Assembly: GCA_973895155.1 (NCBI GenBank) | Contig: OZ316892.1 | Span: 5,168,510-5,232,509 of the forward strand | DNA from: Marsupella aquatica | Lineage: Eukaryota > Plantae > Marchantiophyta | Reading direction: 5' to 3' | Length of the DNA stretch: 64,000 nucleotides | In this document: piece by piece, positions 38,584-51,568 of the stretch | How the letters are laid out: each line of letters starts with the position of its first letter | Position numbering within the stretch: position 1 is the first letter of the stretch | Made by a program: the position numbers and the translations under genes | The notes under the pieces: model-generated | The model's input: only the letters and a program-made list of their open reading frames with translations | Database searches by the model: none | Told to the model about the DNA's origin: nothing

Positions 38584-39513
38584 CCCGGTTTGGACTTGCC
38601 CGGCAAATAGGCCGTTTTAAGGCCGTCAACCGGCAAGCCGACACCCGGTCTCTCCCGGTCGGCATCATCCGGTCCCGGCCCGAATAAATCCGGTCCCGGC
38701 CTGAGTACTCCCAGTCCTCTTCCCTCCCGGCCCCGGACCCTAAACCCCCCCGGCCCGGACCCCGGATCCTTCACCCTCCCGACCCCGGACCCTAACGCCC
38801 CCCCCCCCCCCCGCCCCGGACCCTTCACCCTCCCGGCCCGGACCCTAAAGCCGGGCCTCCTCCCCCCCACCCGGGCCTCCCTCCACCCGGGCCGGGTCTT
38901 CCCTCCCCCCACCCGGGCCTCCTCCTCCCTCCCCCCCACCCGGGCCTCCCTCCACCCTGGCCAGGCCTCCTCCCCCCCACTCCTCCCACCCCCACCCGGG
39001 CCTCCCTCCACCCGGGCCGGCCCTCCTCCCTCCCCCCACCCGGCCTCCTTCCCCCCCCCACCCGGACCCCCCTCCACCCGGGCCGGGCCTCCTCCCTCCC
39101 CCCACCCGGGCCCCCTCCCCCCCCTCCACCCTAAAGCCGGGCCTCCTCCCCCCCACCCGGGCCTCCCTCCACCCGGGCCGGGTCTTCCCTCCCCCCACCC
39201 GGGCCTCCTCCTCCCTCCCCCCCACTCGGGCCCCCCTCCACCCGGGCCGGGCCTCCTCCCTCCCCCCACCCGGGCCTTCCTCCACCCGGGCCGGGCCGGG
39301 ATGTAAAGCTGGGGCCGGGGCCGGGTGACGAGAGGTAGGGGGGCCGGGCCGGGTCCGGGAAGAGGTCGGGAGGAGTTCGGGCCGGGCCGGGAGAAGTTTG
39401 GGCCGAGCCGGGGAATAATGGCGAATATGCGTCAAATGAGACCATTTCAGGCCGGCAAATGCCGAGTTTACGTGCCGGGCAACTCGGCAAGTTGCCCGTC
39501 ACATCAAACCGGG
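38584..39513. mobile_element. Non-autonomous TIR DNA transposon, 930 bp, 8-bp TSD (hAT-like), GC-rich repetitive interior
   Basis: TIR CCCGGTTTG (38584-38592) / CAAACCGGG (39505-39513), with an identical flanking GGTTTGGG at 38576-38583 and 39514-39521. The interior is an array of CCCGG/CCGGG-containing C-rich units that flips orientation near 39300. Confidence 0.85.
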
Positions 39514-40039
39514 GGTTTGGGTGTTCTTTCCATTGTAGTGTCAAACACTCATGTAGTGTTTGACACTTTTCTCTTTTCTTTGTCCTTTTTAGGTTTACAC
39601 TTACTTTTCTTTTTCTTTGGACCTCATTTTATACATTTTTCTGGAAGATTCTTTCCATTGGTTAAAAAAACTCGTAGGAAAGGGTCCCCCTACCAGTCTC
39701 TACTCACAAAAATCATCAAAATATAAAAATTTGTTGTTACCCAGAAATTGTGACATGCCGGTCTATGCTCACAAAAGCAGTCTAACTATAAAAAATGATT
39801 GTTACCAGATAGATTCTCTCATTTCTCTCTATGGAATAGTAAATGAACTGCAGATCACAAATTACAGTGCAGTTTTGAAAATTAAAACGAGGAGTTAGTT
39901 CTCTTGCTCAAGACTAGCATGTGAAACTAGAAAAGGAGAGAGGGGACAGAGGGCTTTCTGGTTCCTAGTCTATGGTTGCAATGGTTACTGTAGGTAGCAA
40001 GCCCTGCCCGTAATCATCATCAAAATAGGCAAAATGTAG

Positions 40040-40300
40040 TAATATAAGGTGTGCATTCATTGATTTAAAGAAAATAAGAAGGTTTATTATGGTAAGGAGA
40101 GACCTTTTACAGCCTATATGTCATATTTTGATGTGAAGTAAGCACTAATATGATAACATAGGGTGTGTGCATTCATTCATTTAAAGAAAATATGCTATGG
40201 AGAGATGTCATACACCATATAGGTATTATTTTGATGTGCACTAAGAATTATTGGACCATATATGTCTTATTTTGATGTGCAGTAAGGATTATTGGCATGT
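40040..40300. repeat. AT-rich degenerate tandem duplications
   Basis: GTGTGCATTCATT.ATTTAAAGAAAATA occurs twice and TATTTTGATGTG.A.TAAG three times. Confidence 0.7.
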
Positions 40301-40624
40301 AAGCTTCTAATAAAGGCCAACTGGCGTGTATGCACTATGCAGCCCTGAACAATTCGGCTGGTGGTTTGTCTGTCTGGCCCCTGGCAGAAAGGCAGTCCTA
40401 CACTCTTAAATTACCACAATCCTACTCGAATGCCCTCTGCTTTCTGCACTACTAAGGTGCATTAATGCACTCGCCTATGGAGTCTGACACAAAGGTGGTG
40501 GCAAAGAGAGGGGGGTTTTTGAAATTCCATTTACCTCGTGAAAAGCGGTGTCTGATACAAGAACTCAATTAGAGTATGTTTGGTAGTGAGCCCAAGAAGG
40601 AGAGGATGGCTAGAGGAAGAGTTA

Positions 40625-41162
40625 GGGTGGCTTTACAAGACGTCGGGGGCAGTTCCTTCACTTTTCTGACATCCAAGATCCAATCCGGGCCATCCATTGG
40701 GGAGATAGTGCTGGAGTTCACTTTAGAAAACGTCGGGGGCAGTTTTGCTCATTGATTCTGCCGATCCTACATGGACTTCAGTGGGGCCCAACTTTTGCTG
40801 ACATGGAGCTCTTTTTTGTCCAGAATTTTAGACCACCTCCGTTGGAGGTCCCTTCATCCGGCCGCTTGGTCCATTCCTATTATGGGCAGTTTTCAATAAA
40901 TGCGGACCCACAGGAACCAGCATTAGCCAAAGATTAGCCAGCATTAGCCAAAGATTCAGGTGGAGTGGGTCCCAAGTTTGTCTTCTAGTCAATGATTCTA
41001 GCTACACTGGCCAGAGTTCCCTTTACAAGACGTCGGGGGCAATAAAAGTCTTCTAAATTCTCTATTAGCCCCGGTATACTGTTTTTAGCATGTGAAACTG
41101 CTGCTGGCTCAGCTTTGGTAGAAAAGGAAGCGAACGGCCCCCGACGTCTTGTAAAGTGCCCC
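40625..41162. mobile_element. Tourist-like (PIF/Harbinger) MITE, 538 bp
   Basis: Left end GGGTGGCTTTACAAGACGTCGGGGGCAGTTC; the reverse complement of the right end reads GGGGCACTTTACAAGACGTCGGGGGCCGTTC. TTA on both sides (40622-40624, 41163-41165) is the established PIF/Harbinger TSD. Confidence 0.9.
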
Positions 41163-41464
41163 TTAGTTCTTGTAGGGCGAGAGAGGACTGGAGAAGGAGG
41201 GTCGAGAAAGATACGTAAGTTGTGAAACTCATAAAGCTTTTGACCTATGTCCGTGATTGCCGCTTGGAAAACAACAAGACAAGCTAGATAGACCCACGTT
41301 GTTGCATGGGTGTGGGGTCAGCTTTGCTCCGGCTGACGAGGGAGACAAATCGAAAAAGAAAATCAGGAATTGAAATTTTGTGAACTGTTTGCTGCGGATG
41401 CACGAGTGAGGCAGTGAGACTGTGAGAAGGGTGGCGACCAGTGGCAGCAGCAGTAATGAATCGT

Positions 41465-41470
41465 TATAAA
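41465..41470 (+). promoter_or_regulatory. Putative TATA box of the second expansin
   Basis: TATAAA about 770 bp upstream of the ATG, followed by donor-like sites (41522, 41556, 41566). Confidence 0.4.
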
Positions 41471-42232
41471 GCCGACCTGAGTTCTGCATATTGATATCTG
41501 CCAATTGTCTGATCAAGACCAGTGAGCATTAAGGAGAGAAGAAGAGTGTTGCAGAGTACGATCAAGTGAGAGTGCCCTGTTTGCTCTTTCTATCTCTGCT
41601 CTGAGTTGGGACTCGCTAGATAGTGCTTGCAGCTGTTCGTCCACTGGCGGTTTGACAAGTCAACCAACAGGAGGGTATTTGTTCACTCGCTTTCGCGTCG
41701 CAGCTGGATTGCTCGGTACACGAGTCCAATCCAGAGTTTGTGGACATTATTCTGGATTAGAAGGCAAACAGGTTGAAGGGCAAGGAAGAGGAAGCTTGTG
41801 ATCGTCTCTGCTAACTCGCTCTTAGGTACGTAATGTTCATAAGCTTCATAGGAAAGACCGATGACAGATTTGAGAAATCGCATTCCTGGGCCTGAGACTG
41901 ATTAGCTGATCGAGTACAGGGGTGAGGAGAGGAGCATGGCTAGGGAGAGACTCTTTGGGGTATCAATCAGGGATTCCAGTGGAACGATGTGCAATGGCTC
42001 GATGTAGACAGTAGATGATTCAATGGGCACGTGCTGTAGGATCAGCTAGCACAGCATCTGACACTATTGGCCATCTGGACCTTAACTAGGTAGAGGCTCT
42101 TTAGTGCATGAAAAGTCATTCTCTCCCAAGGATTGTGAAGGAATTTTCTAACATTTGGTGCTCGGTTGCTTGAGATTTTCTAATTGGCTCTTTGCAAAAA
42201 TCTGATGTGTTTCAAATGTTATTTCAGCAGAC

Positions 42233-43495
42233 ATGGCGGTCAAGAGGTCTTCCCAGCTCTCCAAAATGGTGGCAGAGAAGGCAGTGGCTGTCGTTGTCCT
42301 GTCGCTACTGTCGTCGGTAGCAATTCCAAGAGCTGCTGGCGTCGACTTAAGTGCACCCCATGCCACTTTCTACGGTGGAAGTGATGCCTCTGGCACAAAC
42401 AGTAAGTCCTCCTTGCCTCGTGTATGAACTTGGAATTGGCTACTCGGTCAATGGCACGAGCTAGATGCGTCCCCTGTGCCAGGAAGTCTTCTGGGCTCTC
42501 TACGGAAGGGAATCAGAGCTCACCGGACAAGAGCGATAGCACAGATCCGACAATCATGTAGCAAACAAACTATTCCCGGTCTAACTTGTTCCTTGAATGG
42601 AGCTCAATGCCAAGCTAGAAGCTTACAAAGATTAAAAAATGACATGTTATCGCACGAGTACGTTGTCATTTATGTAACGTCTACTGATTAAAGGCTGGAC
42701 AAATGTGCACCTCTACCCAACTGCATTCTCCATCGGGGACTTGGATGTAAATTTGGTGTAGCTACTGAGTTGCATAGGAGGGTCTCCTTTCGCAGACCAT
42801 TAAATCTTGAAATGAAAAGACATTTGCCGAGCCTTAAGTTCTTAAGTTTACGAATCTAGCTGCAAATCTCTGATCAACATTGTTCTTGACGTGCAGATGG
42901 TGCCTGTGGGTATGGCAATACCTTCGCTTTCGGCTACGGAGTTCTGACCACAGCTCTTAGTTCCGTTCTGTTCAACAACGGTTATGCGTGCGGAGCTTGC
43001 TTCCAGGTCTCGTGCACTGGAAGTCCGAGCTGCTACTCGACTTCGATCGTCGTGACGGCGACCAATTTGTGTCCTCAGGGAAGCTACAGTGGAGTGTGTG
43101 ACTACCCTCAGAAGCACTTCGATCTCTCCATGCCCGCTTTTGCACAAATCGCCCCAAGCGTTGTTGGTGTTGTGAACGTCCAGTATACGAGAGTTAGTTG
43201 CCAGAAAACCGGCGGCATCAAGTTCCAAATCCAGGGACACACCTTTTTCTTGCAAGTCCTCGTCTACAATGTGGGAGGCATGGGAGACATAAATGCAGTA
43301 CGAGTTGCAGGCACAAGCAGCGGGTGGACACCAATGAGCTGGGGATGGGGCACGAACTACAACACTGGGACAGTCTTCGATGGCCAACCTCTCTCCTTCC
43401 TGGTGTCGAACGCTGAGGGCAGCTCGGTCACTTGCAATAATGTGGCTCCCGCATCCTGGCAATACGGAATGACCTACGAGGGATCGCAATTTTAA
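42233..43495 (+). CDS. EXPA: Alpha-expansin, 255 aa, 2 coding exons (42233-42401, 42897-43495)
   Basis: Hydrophobic signal-like segment, then HATFYGGSDASGTN|NGACGYGN across a GTAAGT...TGCAG phase-1 intron. Also TTALS, CGACFQ, VTATNLCP, HFDLS, VYNVGGMGDI and terminal GMTYEGSQF. Spliced length is 768 nt, in frame. The true start could be Met12. Confidence 0.96.
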
Positions 43496-46400
43496 GTCCT
43501 CATGCGCATGGTCCTATTGCTTGGGTGAGCAAATTCTGGCTAGCTGTTGGCAACGAATCAGCTAAGCTAGGGCTTGCGCAGGGGTCACTCGAGTAACCGT
43601 TGTTTAAGTTCACTCTCAAGTTCATCCTTCCATCATTTGGTGCACGCCGGGAATCTTCTCAGCTTAGCGACAATCGATCAGATCTGCTGCTCGCGTTGTT
43701 GGCTTTCAAGATTCTCTGAGCAATTTAATTTGCCGCGGTCGTTGGCAAGGTGCTCTCAAATTTGCCTTGCCGTTCATTTATATGACCTGGTGCATATATA
43801 CCTGTATGTCGAAACTGGCCGTGACGGCTTCTACTCTGCGCGGATTGTTCGATCCCGCGCGCCGATCTGCAGATGGCCAGTCCGAGTACGACCATTTACC
43901 TGCAGTTACGACTGTTTTGAACCTCCAGCTAGAAGTTCAGACTGAGTTACGATCGCAAGATTTGTGGTTCAGTGATGATTCGACTGGAAATAAGCCTCTG
44001 TAAGTCAACGCCCCACCAATCAACGCCTCCAGACTTGACCAACGAGGTATGGGGCAAATTAATTTGTCTCCTCAACCAGCGAGGCAAGTTATAGAATTCA
44101 CACTAGGAAAGAAAAGAAAATCATTTGTGATGCTGATCATTCACCGTTCCAGATTTGGTCCGAGAAACGACTAGCTTGAGAAGTTGGGCTGTAGATCATG
44201 TCTAGTTTTACGGGCTCTTGAATCGAGCTATGACGATCTCGCTGGATCAGGAATGTTGCCAGATGTCAGATTTCCAATCCATGGATTGTAATGTAGGTGG
44301 GTAGCTAGCTAATTAGTTAATTACAATAGAATGCCGAGGTGAGTATTGTCGCCCGCTTCTTTGCCCACCAAAGACTAGTATTGCACTCCGATGCTTCGGC
44401 TGGAAGTCTGGGAAAATATTACGCCCATCGCCCTGATCAGGTTGAATCTGTATCATCTGCCCTTGATTAGAACTGGCGATTTATAGATACTTTTGTCTCT
44501 AGGATATGCAGAGGTGAGCTTATATGCAGCCACCCGCTTCTTAGATTATCGAGGCATTTCTTAACATTGCCTCAGATGGATCGCAAGTAATATATGTGTG
44601 GTTTTACCAACGGGGTTTTCGTGTATGCATTGAGTCGGGTTGTCTCCACTCTGCCTCCCAGTTCAATCATGCTTTCGACTCATGCCTTCGAAATTCATGG
44701 ACATTTTATTCTTTCTTTTATGTATCTCGACTGATTATTACTGATTACGACTAAGGCTTAAATCTAGTGTAGAATGCAATACTTGATAGAAAAGGGTACG
44801 TGACAAGCATAAAATTGAGACATTCAATCTTCGACAGCTCCGGGAATGTCGTCTCCCAAGCTCATGACAAGTAGATCCGTGGTCGACATCATTGTGAAGT
44901 GTTAGGTTTCAGGACATGGAACTGAACGGAAGGTTTTAGGACTAAACAGTCCTTGATTTTCACTCTACAATCGCTTTGAGTTGGAAATTTCGAGTAGACA
45001 GAAGTTGGTCAAATTCCAAATCTATGCAAATCAGCTTATTAACGGTCTAATCAAAAGTTGTCCATAAACAAACTTTTGAGATCGGTCTGGAATAATTATT
45101 GTTCTTTTAACTTTAGGAAGTGAATCTGTTGACGACGTACAAGTTCTGACAGAAGAGCACGTCGTCGACGATCGAATCCTTTCTGACAAGTACAATTCGC
45201 TGAGTCTTGCCTGCAAGAGGAATCGTGCACATAAAATAGTTGTGTATTTACTTGCTTGCACGAACAGTAAGGCAAGCAGGACTTTGCTCACGCACAGGTG
45301 TGTGGCCAGTGCCGGACGGACACATCAGGATGCCGGACGTACAATCAACCACCGACGCAGCTCCACACTTGATATCGATGGCTAGTTTATGGATGACAAG
45401 TTGACAACGTTCGGCCATTCTATTGAAGCACTGTTGTCATTGTGTACTGTGTACCGTCTGAGTTACATGCACAATAAACCAGGGATACGCCCACGATAAA
45501 ATGAGTTGCTCTGATACTTAGTCTGATCACGAGCTCATGTCAGACTCCTCGACATTGAACACCCAAGACTGCAAGTTTAAAGAATGCACGTAATTCAAGC
45601 TCGTTCAATGGTTTGCAGTGAACTTTCTCAACTTTCTCAAAAATGAAGAATGATGCCCAATCTAAAGCAGTCGACAGCGAGTCCTCTCCAGACTTTTCTT
45701 TGCCAGGCTCGCGGGACCACTGTAGCATGATCCACTAATTTGACGTCACTAACCGGATCATGTCCAGGCCACAGTAAGTTCCGGAATTGAAAAACTGCAG
45801 TTTAGGAACTTGCGAGTCACGTCCTTCAGAGACGGTGGTAGTGCATTATTACTTTCCATATTCATGCATTGGCCAGTCTACCGGATAGCTTTCCAGTTGC
45901 AGTCGGCAGGCTGGGTAAGATCGGACACTCAGTTCATCAGGTTGCACGTGCCGCAGGCGGGTCAGAGTGTCATACATTCCTGAGCTCTGGCAGTTGGATT
46001 CTAATTCTACCTTGGCTGGTTGCATGTAGGTACATTTTTTATTCTGCCGACTTGTCCATAGGAATCTTAGTTCCCTAAATTTAGGTATGCGCAGCTAACT
46101 CACGAGATTTTCAACTAGGTTCCAAACGGAAATCAACATTAAGGAGGAATCAAATTATGGACGACGGAGGACTTCGAGTCCTTAGGCTCCACCAGGAATC
46201 AACACTAAGAGGCGACATGATCATATGCAAATTATGGGTATGAATTAGAACGAGAAGAACCCTGCAAATGCATTGAGGGCCAGCATTGCGAGAAACTGAT
46301 TGAGTGTCCATTGATTCGATCTCCAAACGAGGCTCCGAAGGCTGAAGTTTAATTTACGAAAGTCCGGGGTCATGATGGTATGTTTTGATTATCGATTCTG

Positions 46401-49400
46401 GAAGTTCAATGCATGAACTCTGTATCGTTAGTTTCGTGTCAGGATGATCATATAGGGTGCATGTGTGCATTTAATCCTGACGAGTCACAAACTGAGTACT
46501 TGTGTCATTCCTGTAGGGAACTGCCAAGGAAGAAGCAGGTAGTCTAAAGCCCGAAAGAGTCCGGCTCACGATATTTTCCGGCACCCTGTCTCGCCCCCTG
46601 TTTGGCTAGCATAGGGCCAGGGAAGTCAGAGATTCTAGCTAGCTGTCTCATCAGGAACCGACTCGATGTGCGCTTCATTCTGGAAGCAGGTCATCTGAAG
46701 GTCCAAAGCTCGAGAAAGTAGCTCTGGTCAGTCCCTCTGTTTCCCACGATCGATTCCCCCTTATCTGATGTTTTCTCTTGCGCCGGCCGACGGTTGCCAA
46801 TTCGTCAAGCATTGCAGTCTCTGCTCACGCTCGTCTAGATCTTGTCTCCAAAGTTGGAAGCCAAGATCCAAAAGGCGCGCCGGGGCAGGAAATTCACGTA
46901 CAGGTTGATGCTTAGTCGTCAGAAAGTCCACTACTGTCTCTATATACTGCCACTCTCGTAAGCATTCTTTTCTCGTACATCCTCGATCGATGTTCCCTTC
47001 TCAATGAGGTCACCTCTATCAATTACGCAACTCTTAAATAACTCGTTATTCAAAGGAAATGGACGAAATTGGTCGAGGATGAGGAAAATTCTGTAGCCTC
47101 CAAGGAAACTGGGAACGTACGGTCGCCAACCAACACCAATCACTTCAATTGCGCACCGCTCGATCATTCCATTCATCAACACTGAACATTGATCTTCTCC
47201 AGAGTGTCAAGTTGAATCCAATACACTTGATCACACAGAACAAAGGAGTTCAACTATAGGGTAGACAGTTGATCAAGAAAATGAACACGATTTCAGTGTG
47301 ATGAAGCTTGAGTAGTAATCCAATATTCACTCTAGCTACCCAAAAAAAAACAAGGTTCTTAGTTAGCGGATCATAGAGAATTCAATCTCCCTGACTCTCA
47401 ATCAATCCTGGAAGAACATGCACGGAGGGCTGGTTTCGTTGCTAAGGTATTACGCACTTTTTGGGAGTGGTTTAAACGCGCGGTACATGCATCCACTACT
47501 ATAACCAGACTCGACTTTGATGCGACCTACTCTCTCGAGGTATGTGCGGCAGGCATACGACAGTATGCCCTTGTCATATATCCTTAATTTCATCCAGCGA
47601 CTAGATGCAGCTTCGAATTGGATAATAGAAAACCAGCAAACATTGGGATTCTCCCGTGTGAACCAGAGGGAAACAGCCGAGAGCCCCTTTGATTATCTAC
47701 AGTATTCAACAAATAGTCTTTGAAATAGTGTCTCGATTGATCATTGTACTCCCTGGTGACTTGGTGTGTGAAAGTTGGCACGAGTCTACCAATTGTTTTA
47801 ACTGCCCACCTACCAGCTTAATTTTAGAGCTGAATCTTAAACAAATTATTTTTGGAGCAACCGTACACAAACTTAACGCGGTGTTCATCAGTCGCTGATA
47901 GCTAGGTATCTCCATAGGCCGCTGACATTGAAAGTTTCTCCAAAGCTAACTGGGTCCGATGGATTGTCACGAGCTTGGACCATTGTTGGTTTGAAGTATG
48001 CTTCACTATAGCCAAAGTTACATTTCTTGTGCTGGTTAGGGCTTTCAAACAAACTGCAGCGTACCGACGACATCGAATTTCAGGAATTACCGAAGTCAAG
48101 ATGTTTTGGCACTCTTCTTATTATTCCGCTGGCCAAACACGAAAGGATGACCAACGGTCACTTGTCCGTCCTCTGCTTCAGCCGGGTTCGATCCGTCTTC
48201 CCACATTTTCAGAAAAGGAAATTCGTCCCTTCTAAGCTTCGGACTTTACATGACCCAAAATCAATGCCGCAAATTCAGCTGTCTGTGTGGTCAATTGTCA
48301 TTCAACTAGTGTCTCTGACACCTTTTCGTTTACGGCACCATTCTTGACCAAACCAGTTACCTCGTTAATGCCGAGGAAACTGGTTTGGACAGTCTAGTTT
48401 CCTGGATTTCAAATGGTTTTTTCGAGGCAAAAAAAAGTCTTGTTTCCTGGATGCAGGTTATGTAATTCCTGACACATTCAAATAATGCGGAACAGCATCA
48501 TCGCAACTCGCTATTTAAATACTGAGCGCAAAATGAGACGCACTGAATGAAGTTTCGCGCAATTGTTCGAGACAAAACACAAGTAACTACCAGATAGTTT
48601 GGAAATTTGGAAGATTTGTCTTTGTGAGAAGATTTGTCTATTCTGACCCGAGATTAAGTTGTTTATCAGTACTGATCAACTACTGGAAGTTCAAAAATGT
48701 CTTCTCTTCGAAGCCGCAGAATATGTAATCTTTATCAGAGCGCAAGCTGATCAGCTAGAAAAGCAACATGATTGAAGAAACTTAACAAGAGAAGCTATCC
48801 CTCTGGGTACCCTGTTCATTCAATCAAGGAGAAGTTCAAGAGGACAGTGCCAAGCAACGAGTAATAGTCTAACAAGTTACAACCTAATGCACTACAAGCT
48901 ATCCCTTACCAGTTGAGATAAACAAGCTACAGATGACGCTTATGATTAGTCTATCATCATGGAGAAAACGCAATCACGGTTTGCTAAGGTGAGAGTGGTA
49001 AGTTACAGGCGAAGGTGCCACGCACCTTAACGATCCACTGTACAAAAAAATCGTTCCGTCTGTCGTCTCCCCAATATTTAGAACTCGGAAGCAATGTAAC
49101 GGGCGATAGGCCTCCTGGCACCTGATCGGGTAAGTATACGTGCATTAATTGGCGCTTCTGACATGGTGGACTTTCCCAATTTGAGATAACCTGTGGTACA
49201 AATCAGGTCTTTGCCATTTGCATCGAGTGCTGAGCACTTTTGTCAGACTCCAAAACGACTGGTGTACGTGCAAGCCATTGCAAGCGGGGTGCTACCTTTG
49301 TAGGTGTCGTCTCAATTCCCAACCAAACCGTGTGTACTCTAATTTATATCTTGCAAGGGTTTTGATCATTGGTGCTGTGAAGTCGACCGGACTAGATTCG

Positions 49401-50432
49401 AATATCCCAATCGCACGGTATGGGTTCGATGCTCTTCTTCTAAAAGACGAATCCATTATTCTGTCTCTCCTAGACTTCGCTTTAGCGGGTCAAAAGTGAT
49501 TGACAATATGCTGCTGCTGCTAGTCCTGCTCCACCAGTGCGCTCTGTCTGTCGGCTGGCCGTTGGGAACAACCTCAAAAATAAAGCGGAGTTCTCCTTTC
49601 AAAAGTTGAATCCATCTGGTTTATCGTTATCTCAATCTCTCAAAGGCTGACTAGAATCCATTGTGAGGACAGTATGCAGCTTGCTTACCAATCCACTCGT
49701 GGACAAGAGCAGTTAGCCGTCCGGACGAAATCACCAATCCATTCGTCCCAATAAGAATTTCCCACCAAACTCAAAATATTGCCTCGAACGATTTGATTGA
49801 ATTCGATCCATTTGATTGAAACAGCCTACAGCAGGGCATCCCCCAAAACTCAATATTGATCACTTGTTTGCCGAGCCAATGAGTTCATTTCATTTTGAGA
49901 TTCCATATAGTTTACCTTCAGATGACCTAACCATAGCTTCAATCCTGCATCCTCTGACCTCCATCTTAAAGCAACGTGGGCTCGCAGCAACTTGGGCTCA
50001 CTGTTCAATTCAACGGGGCTCTGCTACTACCGTTACTTTCGAAGCCAATAATTCCTTGATCAGGGCGGCGTGATTGGTTACGACTGGACTGAGGGCTCTT
50101 GACGATCTCTATGCATTCAATTCTCCTTGTAGCTTTTGTCTACCATGGCATCAATGTCTGTCAGCTTTATGGGCGAAGCCAGATTTGGTAATCGCAAAAG
50201 AGAAGAGGCCGGGGCCAACTCATGACAGATTCAGATGCTTTCGAGCATTCAGACTTCAGAGATTGTGGAAAATCAACAAATTTCGGATCAGAATCTCAAA
50301 TGCATGCGCATGAACTTCAATTCTTTCCGCACAATCTGCGTGTCGTCCCTCTTCTCATGTGTATCCGTTCGTTGTGCCATCTCAATTATATATCAAACTG
50401 CCAAAAAGCGAGAAGTTCTGAAGGATCATGAG

Positions 50433-50640
50433 GCCAAAAACCCAATCAAGGGAGAAGAAGAAAAAGGCCCTAAAGCCAAAAAAGACCAAAAACCCAATGA
50501 AGGGTGAGAAAAAGAAAAAGTCCCAAAAGCCAAAAACACCAAAAACCCGATGAAGGGTGAGAAAAAGAAAAAGTCCCCAAAGCCAAAAAGACCAAAAACC
50601 CAATGAAGGGTGAACAAGAAAAAGGCAAAAAAGCCAGAAA
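50433..50640. repeat. 52-53-bp purine-rich minisatellite, 4 copies
   Basis: CCC(A/G)AT.AAGGG.GA anchors at 50441, 50493, 50546 and 50599. Confidence 0.9.
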
Positions 50641-51210
50641 GACCAGGCACTAGCCCAGCAAAAAAGGAAAACAAAAGACACACAAGCCTAAACTTTACCT
50701 ATCTGCAAATTGAAGAGCCTGGTCTTTCTGGCTTAAACTGCATACGAGGACAAACAACCTAGATGAAAATATTTTGAAACGTTACTTAATTTGAACTCAA
50801 ATTGACAATAATGTCTCCTAACTTTGAGTTTATGAAAGGTCACACTTTGAGTCCTAGAATATGCTAGATGATAAAGCTCATGATCCATCTTAGCATCAAC
50901 CTCCTGTTTGGAAAGGCTATTAAATTGTAATTTTAACTTGCACTTCAAATCAATAACTTGTATGCGCACTATCCTAAATCCTTAAGCTTAATATGAGCTT
51001 CAAGTTATTAGTTTGCATGAAAATTTGATTGAGCAAGTGAGGTAATACCCAGGGTGGGATCCCAACTATAATTATTTGGATCTGGTATCCCAGGGTAGGG
51101 TAGTCAAGAACAAATAGGACACTAATCCTGAATGTTGAAAAACCAGTAAGTTCAGTCTTCTTGTGGCTCTTTAGACAGGGATCTGACTGATTAGAAATAC
51201 AAGTCCCCAT

Positions 51211-51390
51211 TCACATATATATATAACACTGCCAAAAAGACAGGAGCGTCAAACCGGGAGACATGGTCCCAAAGTAGAAAAAACCCAATAAAGGGGGGAA
51301 GCAAAAGACCCCATTCACACCAACTAAGTTGTTTATGGAGACTTGGATGGACACACAGAAACCACAGAGTAACAACCAAAACCAAGAGTT
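51211..51390 (-). mobile_element. Copy of the short interspersed repeat seen at 32895-33040
   Basis: Colinear similarity over about 100 bp with 32925-33020 in reverse orientation. Confidence 0.7.
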
Positions 51391-51568
51391 ATATCTATGA
51401 ATAGTGTAATAGAGTACAAATTCCACTTTTCAGATCTATCAAGGTTCCGTGAGAGTCAGAATTTCATTCCATCAGAATCTTGTCAAACACTTGTGTCCAT
51501 ATATGACAGCTTTTTTAGTTTACCTGGTAAACTGAGTGGTAAACAACTTATTAATCTAGAAGCAACTA

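Noticed and set aside
38400-39544. Gly/Arg/Pro-rich ORFs of 289, 196 and 137 aa
   Set aside because: Translation artefacts of the G/C repeat array inside the TIR element.
48180-48200. GGTTCGATCC tRNA B-box-like motif
   Set aside because: No A-box or cloverleaf; no intact tRNA or rRNA gene was seen anywhere in the window.
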